This document shows, in pieces, positions 53,582 through 64,000 of a stretch of 64,000 nt of DNA. Location: the NCBI GenBank assembly GCA_051294375.1, contig CM119265.1, positions 24,611,605 through 24,675,604 on the forward strand. Reading direction: 5' to 3'. The DNA is from Paraspadella gotoi. Taxonomy: Eukaryota > Animalia > Chaetognatha. The position numbers and the translations under genes were made by a program. The notes under the pieces were generated by a model that ran no database searches, was not told the origin of the DNA, and worked only from the letters and a program-made list of their open reading frames with translations. Within the stretch, counting starts at the first letter, position 1, and each line of letters opens with the position of its first letter.

Positions 53582-56500
53582 TCCTCCCTCTCTTTCCTCC
53601 TTTTCTCTTCCTTTTCTCTTTCTTTCTATCTCTGTTTTTATGTTCCTCTCTTCCTTCCTTCCTCCCTTCTTTTACGCCTTCTTTCTCATATCTTCCAGAC
53701 TTCTCGTTTTTTCNNNNNNNNNNNNNNNNNNNNNNNNNTTTCTTTTCTCCTCCTTCTCTTTATTCCATTTTCTTTCCTCACTTTTCTTTCCCACTTTTCT
53801 TTCCTTTCTTTTTTCCTTCCTTTCCTTTCCTCTAATTTTATTTCCTCCCATTTTCTTTCCTCTTCCTTTATTTCCTTCTTCTTCTCTTTCCCCTCTTTCC
53901 TTTCCTCCCTTTTTCTTCCTCCCTCTTTCCTAACTTCTCTTTTCTTTCCTTCCCCTTTTCTTTGCTAATCTCTCTTTTCTTTCCCCCTTCTTTCCTTTCC
54001 TCCTTTTCCTTTCTTCCTTTTTTCCTTTCTTACTCTCTCTCCCTCTCACGCATGACTTTCTCACGTTCTTCGCTTTGTTTAAATCAACGAATTTGAGAGA
54101 AACAAATTCGTTTACGTTCAATCAACTCCGATTTTTTTCACCTTTCTTCTTTTTCCTCCTCTTACTCTTCCTCTCTCCCTGCTTCTACACCCTCTTTTTT
54201 CACCTTTCTTCTTTTTACTTCTCTTTATCTTCCTCTCCCTCTTCTTTCACTCCCTCTCTTTCCTTTTAATTCAACCCTCTTCCTTTCTTTCCTCCTCCCG
54301 CTTTTTNNNNNNNNNNNNNNNNNNNNNNNNNNNNNNNNNNNNNNNNNNNNNNNNNNNNNNNNNNNNNNNNNNNNNNNNNNNNNNNNNNNNNNNNNNNNNN
54401 NNNNNNNNNNNNNNNNNNNNNNNNNNNNNNNNNNNNNNNNNNNNNNNNNNNNNNNNNNNNNNNNNNNNNNNNNNNNNNNNNNNNNNNNNNNNNNNNNNNN
54501 NNNNNNNNNNNNNNNNNNNNNNCTGCTCCCGTCGGCCGATTTGTTTCCCGTCTACTGACGATAAGTCATAACAATTAAGGGGAGGGAGAGATTGAGAACG
54601 ACGACGACGACGACGACGACGACCACGACCACGACCACGACGACGACGACGACGACGACCACGACGAGTCTGGCTCAGGTTAATGGGGGAATGGGAAATG
54701 GTGCCGAAAATGGTGGCTAAAATAATAGGTGGTTAAGGGAATTGATGGGTGGTTTAAAACCGGTTATAGTTATTGGGTGGTTAGATTTATGGGTAGTTTT
54801 ATTAATGGGTGGTTCCAAAAGTGAGAAGTTGATTTTGTTGATGGAAGTTTCTTCGGGCCAGAAGAATCGTTTTATACGTATATACTGTAGAACAAATATA
54901 AAAAGCTAAATTAAGCGAGGGCAGAAAATATTTTTAACCTCGTGTTGTATAGATGCTCCATCTGTTTAAGGAAGAAAAAAAGTGACACAACAAGTAGTTT
55001 TATAATTTTCTAAAAGAAAAAAATCAAACATTCAGTCAGTCGCTGATATCTTTTTTTCCGTTTGAGTTTTTTTTTTCGATTTTACTGATGTCATATATTT
55101 TTCTAAAAGAAATTTCTCATTAAATTTTTTTTCTTTCTTGAATTTCCAAATTTCGAATCCTTTTTTTCTTTCTTTCTTTTCCTAAATCAGCAAAGGAACT
55201 GACGTCATTAGATGGTGACCTTTCTTCAGAAGCGTCTCTCAAATTTATTTCCATAGACCTGTTGATATTATATTCATTACATTCTCTCTCTTAACTTTAC
55301 CTTCCACCTTTTTAAACTCTGGACCTTCTTCCAAAACAGTCATTCGTCCAAAGGACCGCATTGACCACAATTTCCCTCATAGTATCGCTTCTTCACAGCA
55401 CCTTATTTTCAGATCAAACGACCCCTTAGCCCCACAGCTACCCCCTTCGCTTAATAACTACCCTTTTTCCACCAGATAAACCTATTCACTTCCTCAAGAC
55501 CTCTTTTTTCCTCCTCCTTAAGACCCCTTTCTCCCCTCCTCAAGACACCTTCAACCCCTCCTCAAGACCCTTTTCCCCNNNNNNNNNNNNNNNNNNNNNN
55601 NNNNNNNNNNNNNNNNNNNNNNNNNNNNNNNNNNNNNNNNNNNNNNNNNNNNNNNNNNNNNNCCTTCGTCTTTAACCCGACTCTTTGTATTCGTCTTCCA
55701 ATATTTTTTCGTTATTAAATTTCGCGACGTCAGTCCACGAGGTTTTTTTTTTCTGCTGACAAAGAAAAGGAGACAGAGAGAAGAGAAAAGAGAGAAGATG
55801 AGGAGATGAGATGAGGATGAGATATGAGGATGAGATTAAGGAGATGAGGAGTTGAGGAGCAAGATTAAAAAGGTCGCGTTGGAAGATTATTAGGGCAATG
55901 ACGTCTGGTCACGGTGAAGTTGAGAAAAGAAGGGAAGAGGAGAAAGGAGAAGAGAAAAGAAGAGAAGAGAAGAGAAGAGAAGAGANNNNNNNNNNNNNGA
56001 AGAGAAGAGAAGAGATGAGAAGAGGAGAGATGAGAAGAAATGAGAAGAGGAGAGAAGAGAAGAGAAGAGAAGAGAAGAGACGGGAAGAGAAGAGATGAGA
56101 AAAGGAAAGAAGAGAAGTAAAGAAAAGAGAAGATATAAGAAAGGGAGAGATGAGAGGAGAAGAGGAAAGAGGTGAAGAGAAGAGAAGAGAAGATGAGAGA
56201 TAAGAAGAGAAGAGAAGAGAAGAGAAGAGATNNNNNNNNNNAAGAGAAGAGAAGAGAAGAGATGAAAAAAAATAAAAAGAGAAAAGAAGAGAAGAGGAAA
56301 CGAGGAAATAAATGAGAATTTAACAAAAAACTAAAAATAATATTAGAAAATAACTAAAGTTAAAAAAATGACAAAAAAGTAAAAAATAAATAAAAAATAA
56401 AAAATACAAGACAAGACGAGATGAGAGAAAAAAGCAGGAAGAGGAGGAACGAGAAGGAGGAGGAGAAGAAAGAGGAGGAGAAGAGAAGGAGGAGGAGGCA

Positions 56501-57503
56501 GACACCTGGAATACGTCGATGCTCCCAAATAAAGAGTCAATTTATCACGTGACCAAGTTTTAATCCACGAAATTTGGGGAGACAGACTTGTCTTCGCGTG
56601 CGCTTTGGTTTGTCGTCGTTTTCGTCGGTATTAGATAAACTCTTGACACAAGAAATTGTCTTGTCAAAAAAAAAGAGAATAACAATAAGAAAAGCGCTGA
56701 CATATAATCCCAGTTGAATTCCCGTGGATTACAAAGAATTATGACATTCTTTGTAAATCACTTGGAGTTCACAGCCAAACGAACAAGCGTCGAAGATCAC
56801 GAAATCGAATAGTGAGTTTAAAAAAATAATTCGTCGTCTTTAAAATTGAAACCCCTCACAACTCGACCGGACGGACGACGACGACGACGACCGACGAACG
56901 ACTATCAACCAGGTGCTAACTGTTAGATTATTTAGCTCGACCAAAATTCCGGAAATCGTTTCTAATATCGGGTGACGGTGTAGCTATTTCTCTGTAGATC
57001 GAAGGGAGGATGTTTAGAAAAGTTCACTAATTAAAATATATAAATTTCAGCTGCTTCTTTAAGGAGCAAACCACTGCTGTGCTAAAACCGTGGAGCCCCC
57101 AAGAGGCCCCAATGAGGCCCCCAATTGAGCGTCCCCTCAATGAGCCCACATAGGAGTTTCCAAGCTTAATCAAGGAACATCATGTCGCTACCTATAATCA
57201 TACGTCGTATATATATTGTAATTTGCTATAGTCAAATAAAAGCTGTCTCTAACTATAAATTATTTATGATATTACAAAAAATTCCTACTGTATTCGATGA
57301 CGCAATATATCGTCTCAGTGACGAAGTTTCTAGAGGAAGGCGTCCACGAAACAACCAATAAAAACACCGAACATTCTAGATGCATCCCCATTAACTTTAA
57401 ATAACCTGTTGACTGCGAGCCAAAGTGTCAATCACTCGTGTCTGATTTACAATCCCTTGAAAAACATATAAAAGCTTTTTTTTTCGCACTAATTAAAAAA
57501 AAA

Positions 57504-57549
<46 letters not shown>

Positions 57550-57861
57550 ATTGGCAATACTAGGTAGTTGACCAAGATCCACATTCAAAGCCCCTCCCTT
57601 TCCTCTCCCATTCTCCCTGTCTCCCTTCTCCCTTCTCAGTTTCTCAACAACTAAGAAACAGTTCACGGTCGTTGAAAAAATCCATAACCACATTAACTAA
57701 ATTCAAGTCTACACGTCCCAACGTTTACCGCAACATATTTTACTTAACGGATTTTTTTTTCTTTTTTAAAAAAAAACAGGGAAAACAAATTTCTGTATTA
57801 TTGTCGCTGAGGGAGAGAAAAATCGAATTTTCGCGCCTGAGTCAGTCACTCTCTCTGCTCT

Positions 57862-57903
<42 letters not shown>

Positions 57904-60900
57904 TCTCTCTCTCGCTTTTTGGCACTTCTTGTTTTGAGAGAAAAAACAAGAGGGAAGGCCCCTTTTTTTCGCCCTTTTCCCTTTTTCTCGGGGGGGCTCC
58001 CAGAGACCCCGATTGGCGCGACCCGCGTTTGCCAGGAACCGGCTGTCGTGCTGGATGCCGTGCAGCTGCGTCGGCAGGAAAAAAAAAGTCGCGGAGCGAA
58101 AAGACCGTCAATCAAAAAACGTATCAACGTGAATTACGTTTGGTTGGGGAAACGTCACTAGACGTCAGCGGCGAAGAAGAGACGGGAACGACGACGACGA
58201 CGACAGACGACGACGACGACGCACCACGGACGAAAAATGGGATTGGCTTGTAATGTGCTAATGGCTAATTGGCCAATGGTTTCCTCGACTCCATATTAAT
58301 TATTCTCTTCCCTCTTCAAATCCTGCAGTAAAAAACTCCATCTTCGAAATGATCCATATTTCTCGGGCCTCGGCACCACGAATCAATGTCGGGCATAAGA
58401 TCTGACAATGGGCAGGGTTGACCTAAGCGTCGGCTCGAGTGACTCTCCTTGGAAGAAATGAGAACTCATTAGCGGCGAAGAGGAGACGAGAGAAGGAGGA
58501 GGAAGATGAGAGAGACAAGAAGAGAGAGAGAGAGAGAGAGAGGAGAGAAGAGAGGATTGCGAGAGAGAAGAGAGAGTTGGAGTATTTTGGGATTCCTGCC
58601 TCTTTCATAAATTAGGCATTTCTCAAAACAATTTTTAGATGACCCCGATATAGCCACTAGGCTCGTTTACGTATTATTTTGTATCAGCCTATTTATTGAA
58701 ACCATCGGTGACAATTTCAAGAAGAAACCAAACTAAGAAACATATTTGCTTATTAATATGAATAACATGGAAGGCATTCACAAAATTAATTGCTCTTTTA
58801 GATAACGCGATTCGCTCATTGTCCCAACTCTTTCCAGTAACATACTATCATTTACAGTCCTGATTGGCAGAGATTCGAGAGCGTTTGACCTCGGAGTCCG
58901 GCGCCGAACCTGGATCAAAATCCTTTCCGATTGGTCCCCAAATTTACGCCCCAAAAATCGAAGGCGGAGCAGAAAAAGGAATTATGGAAATTAATGCGAT
59001 TATACTCGGGAGATGGAAGGGCAGATCGGTGGAAGGAGTGGTACTGGAAGCGATAGGATAGGGAAAGAGGAAGGAAGCGGAGATGGCGCGAGTAGATGGG
59101 TTAATCGGGGAAGGATAGGACTCAGGGAAGAGGAGGAAGGAAGGCGAGATCGGGGAGAGATGTTATGGGGAGGATAGGGACTCAGGGAAAGGAGGAAAGA
59201 GGCACAGATGGAATGAGGGAGATGGCAAGAGGGGAATTAGAGAAAGAGATTATGGATTAAGGTTAGGATTAGCAGGATAGAGTAAGAGATTCTTCTGGTA
59301 GGGATTAGCGTTAGGGATTAGTTAGAGTTAGGATTACGTATTAGGTTTCCGGGATTAGGGTTTGGAATAAAAAAAAAAAAAAAAACCTTGGCTACCTTTG
59401 TTTTTGAAATTATAGTTCAGGAAGTAAGGACTGCAAACTGCGGCTCTTTGAAAAATAGATGCCATTAATTTAGTGGAGTGAGAGGGGGAGAAAATGTAAG
59501 TAAATGAAAATCGGGAACATTAAAGCAGAGAAAAGGAGCGCAAGTGACATTCCGATGCACTATAGCATGGCAGGCATTTCACACTTTTTGCAACCCTAAT
59601 TCCGGATACCTCCTCCTCCTCCTCCTCCTCCGACTCAACCTCGTCCTACGATCGAATTTCCTTGTCCCGAACAAAATATTTCCTCCTCAAAAATCGATGG
59701 AGAATTTTTTTTTTTACGGGGCGCGGACTGATTAGGACGATTGTTTTTAGCAGCAACTGTATTTACCAACTTTTTAGTGTAATCACCGACTGTTCCCTCG
59801 ACATTTGTTATTGTATCGGACCAACTGTTTTTTAATATCAAGATCGGAATTCCAAAATATCATTTGACTGCTTTAGTAGTCATAGTCAATCGTTTCCCTT
59901 TCAGTTTCCCTTCATGCATATAGTTGTAGTCTACGTTAACGTTCCCTCTTGTAGGTTTTTCCTTGTAGTTTGTATAAAATATCAAGAGAGAATTTTCGCA
60001 TGGCAAAAACTGACTTTTACTTAAGGTCAGGAGAGAAAGAACTTCCGGTTTGGACGTCGTCAGTTGGCGCGTCAATTTCTACCGCGCATAATTCTAGTAC
60101 TAGTAGGTCAGAGAGACCTATGTATACGTTCGTACTCTTTTATTTTAGGAGACAGGCATTGATCTTTCGCCCTTTAAAAACGGGGGCGTATTCAGGGAAT
60201 TTTTGATTCTTGGTCGCTATCTAAAAAATCAGAAGAATCAAATATAATATAAATTATTTTTCAATCATTTTGTATAGTACAGGTTTGCAGTGATGCCCAT
60301 TTTTTAAATTATATTGTAAAAAAAAAAATCTTTCTCATTAACAAAAAATAAAAACAGTCGGACGAATTTTAACCGGCAAAAGGAAGATACTATAGTGCCA
60401 GCTTGTGTTTCCTCAAGAAAAATTTTTTTGTTATTCAAACAGGATTCTTTGTGAGACTCATTAAATCTATGATAGAGGACGATCTTAAAAAAGACAGAGG
60501 AGAAAAAAACAGAAAGCCCAGGCAAGAGCGGGACATGAAACCCACACACAGTCTCTCTCTCTCTCTCTCTTCTCCTCTCTCTCTCTCCTCTCTCTGCTCT
60601 CTCTCTCTCTCTCTCTCTCTCTCGCCAGAGTGTCGCAGGCGTGATGCTTGTGTTCTCCTCATGGTTTCCCTGTTAGCTAGTTGCACAACAATCCGAGTTC
60701 CTGCGGACAGCAAATTCTATTCTCTCTGATTAAATCATTTATCAGAAAAAAGGAAATAAGAAGAAGGNNNNNNNNNNNNNNNNNNNNNNNNNGAAAAGAA
60801 AAGAAAAGAAAAGAAAAGAAAGAAAAGAAAAAGGGAAAAAGTAGCAAAAAAAGGATAGAATCAAGATAATAGAAAAGTACTGTAACAAGATAAGGAGCTT

Positions 60901-61414
60901 CTGCGGAGCGAGGGACGGGAAAATATTATCCGATTTTTGAGGTCAAAAATCTCGAGGGAGAGANNNNNNNNNNNNNNNNNNNNNNNNNNNNNNNNNNNNN
61001 NNNNNNNNNNNNNNNNNNNNNNNNNNNNNNNNNNNNNNNNNNNNNNNNNNNNNNNNNNNNNNNNNNNNNNNNNNNNNNNNNNNNNNNNNNNNNNNNNNNN
61101 NNNNNNNNNNNNNNNNNNNNNNNNNNNNNNNNNNAACTCCATCTTTGGAGGGAGAAAATTGTTAAAGATTTTTTTCGGAGAAAACATAAAAAAAACGTAA
61201 AAACAAATTGAAACAAAAAAATTTAAAACTTTGGTAGAAACTGGATTTCTTAAAAAAAATATTTAAATTGACGCATGAGATAAATTTTAGTGAAAAACAG
61301 CTAAACTTGTGACAATCACGTGGCGGAAAATATTAGAAAACATTGAATTTAAGAACGCAAATGATGATATAGGTAAATACTAGTTTTTTGAGATATTTAA
61401 AAGTGACAAAAGAG

Positions 61415-61673
61415 AAGGGAGTGGTCTTTGCATACAATTGAAACATTCTTTGAAATATTATACCACTTCATTGATAGGGAAGCCAGGTACTCTGGGAGTG
61501 AATAAACGAGACTGTGTGAGAGTCTTGATTAAAAGCTTGCAGGGACCTTCTATGTCATAATCTTGTAAGAGTGATGGAGGCCTTAAACGACCAAAGCGTG
61601 TCCAAAGTCAGGAGCAAGATGGCTTATTTATTAAATAAACGGTTAATTTTTATTTGGATTGTTCCAATTTCAT
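61415..61673 (+). mobile_element. Copy of the dispersed repeat family
   Basis: Colinear with 30207-30464. Confidence 0.8.
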
Positions 61674-64000
61674 AAAAAAGTGTGAAGGACCGAAGAGAAA
61701 GATTGAGATTCACAAGTTTCGGATCTTGTCGCGAGCCTTCATCAGCGTCAAGACTTATTTCAAAGTTTATAACGAATTCATTTCCGACTTTTCCTTGACT
61801 GCAAAACCTATTGACAGCAGATGGAAGTCTTTAATTTCATTCTCATCAACTTTTCATTATGACTTTTCATTCTAACGACGACAAAAAAAAACTGTAAACA
61901 AAAAAAAATCATTTTTCCCAACGACTTGAATTCTCTTAAATTGTCTTCAAGAAAAAAAACAATTTTCTCACTCTCACTCTCTCACTCTCTCACTCTCTCT
62001 CATTCTCTCTCTCTCTCTCTCGGTCTCGTCTCTGCCTCTCTCTCTCTCTCTCTCATCTTGTTTTTTTTCAAATCGTTTTGCCAAACTGCGAGACTCCGCA
62101 TCCTAAGTTTGTTCCCTTCATTCTTGTCAGAGAGCGGGACATTCTAATAAAAAAAAACAGGGAAGGAATAGAAGAAAAAAGTGAGAGACGCGCTCTTGTA
62201 GCTTGACACCTCATTGGCCCACGGTCCGTTGCGCCTGCCGCTCTCCCTGTGCTCCATCGTGCCCCTGGCCCCCCCGCACGACTTCAACAACTGCCGCGCC
62301 GCGCCAGTTCCGACCGCTCCTTGGTCAAGCGCTGAGACCCATTTGTCTGATTTTATTCGCTGCTTAAAAATCTAAGATTTGGATTTTTACTTTGCATTTT
62401 GCCTTTTTGTTTTTTTCTGCTTTCTGTCTTTTTGAGTCGAGGACGCTCGAGATAAGTCGAGGGTGGGACCAGAGAAGGAAGGAGAGAGAGAGGCGGGCCT
62501 GTTCGCTTGGGGGTGTGGGGGGCGAGTGAGTGATGGATAAGGTCGTGGGTTTTGGATTAAGGGGAGATTTTGATTCGTTTCAGTGCGCCACGAATCTTAT
62601 CGGGAGGACGTCGGTTTAGTTTTCCCGGTGATCTTTAATTGCGTATTAGCTTGATTGTAGAGGGTTATAATTTTAGGGGCGTTGGTACATTTCGTAAAGT
62701 ACGTATTCGATTAAAAGACGGCAGCTATCCTTCGATGTCTTGGTAAATATAGAGTGGCTCACAAAAAAAATGTAGTGGACGGCCATTAAAGAGATAGAGG
62801 TACGTAAGTGCGCTGAAAATGAAGAGAGTTCGGGTGGGCTTAAATCGGAGAGAAGGTATGGGGCGTTGAAAAAAGGGAGCGTGCCCCCGGAAATCTGTCA
62901 AATCGAGGTCGGCGCTTAGATCGTGCCGGGGAGAAGTTGGAGAGGAAACGTTCGGCCTTTTGTTTCTTTTGACTAATATATTTTCTTTTTAGCTGAATAT
63001 ATTTTGTTTTCAAAGTGAATATGTATATGGCTTAATTTTTTCGCCGTCTTTCACCTCTTGTTAAATTGCTAACAATTCTCATGCACTAGCTCATATTTTT
63101 TTTTTTCGTACGAGCGGAAAAACCTTTCTTTTTTTTTAAATAACTCTATTCAGTGGTCTGGAGGCAAGTTATAAAGGAACATCTTTTTTAAATAATTTTC
63201 GGTTTGCTTCGAAAGGACGGAGTTCATAGCTTAACTGGCAACGACTCGACGTAAATTGTACCCGCTTTGGCATAATATCAATAAATATCGCAGCGCTAGA
63301 GGTAACATTGAACCGATTTTCGTTTTTTTCTTTTATCTTCAAGAAAATGGAATACATGAGAACCGTCGGTGACAGCCCATTCGGTCCAGTGGCGGTCAGT
63401 CTGTCTGTTAATTGTGTCGNNNNNNNNNNNNNNNNNNNNNNNNNAGTCGGTCAGTCTGTCTGTTAATTTGTCGGTCAGTCTTAAATTAGGTCATCGAGAT
63501 AGAATATTTCGGGATAGTAACTTTAAAAAAAAACTAATATATATACGTATTTTATAATTTCAAATTGTCTATTTTGAGATACGTATAATACAAAAAAGGC
63601 GGTACTGCGACTTTTAAAAAAAAAGTAGCTTAAAGCCTAATTCCTTTTTCAATTTCTTTCACTAAATTACGTTTTTCATCTTGTAGTCGTTGTTGTCATC
63701 GTCGTTGTTGTTGTTGTTGTTTGTTCTATGCCTTTTCTTCACCNNNNNNNNNNNNNNNNNNNNNNNNNNNNNNNNNNNNNNNNNNNNNNNNNNNNNNNNN
63801 NNNNNNNNNNNNNNNNNNNNNNNNNNNNNNNNNNNNNNNNNNNNNNNNNNNNNNNNNNNNNNNNNNNNNNNNNNNNNNNNNNNNNNNNNNNNNNNNNNNN
63901 NNNNNNNNNNNNNNNNNNNNNNNNNNNNNNNNNNNNNNNNNNNNNNNNNNNNNNNNNNNNNNNNNNNNNNNNNNNAGAGAGAGAGAGAGAGAGATGTTTG

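Noticed and set aside
59255-59365. Interstitial telomeric repeat (TTAGG/TTAGGG-like)
   Set aside because: Too short and degenerate to distinguish from a decayed simple repeat.

Overview
Eukaryotic, AT-rich genomic DNA with many microsatellites, N-gaps and patches of uncorrected long-read sequence. It is most likely a non-insect arthropod, inferred from the Takeout/JHBP and group-7-allergen domains. Almost all ORFs in the supplied track are microsatellite noise. The real coding content is a compact cluster of five spliced genes, all on the + strand, between about 8.6 and 34.2 kb. Four encode secreted TULIP-fold lipid-binding proteins: three have a Takeout/JHBP-like domain followed by a Der p 7/group-7-allergen-like domain, and one has a single group-7 domain. 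The fifth, embedded among them, is a carotenoid-cleavage-oxygenase-family gene with all four iron-binding His residues, no PDPC motif and a probable signal peptide. I reconstructed the exon structures by hand with consistent phases. Points worth follow-up: a possible carotenoid/apocarotenoid enzyme-plus-carrier cluster; introns whose 5' and 3' ends are complementary; an apparent GG donor and several AAG/GAG acceptors; a 1-nt-offset intron between paralogs; and an exon found inverted beside a gap. From 34 to 64 kb the window is gene-poor: a 5'-truncated LINE fragment, a ~70-bp satellite, one copy of a dispersed ~260-360-bp repeat family and noisy duplicated sequence.
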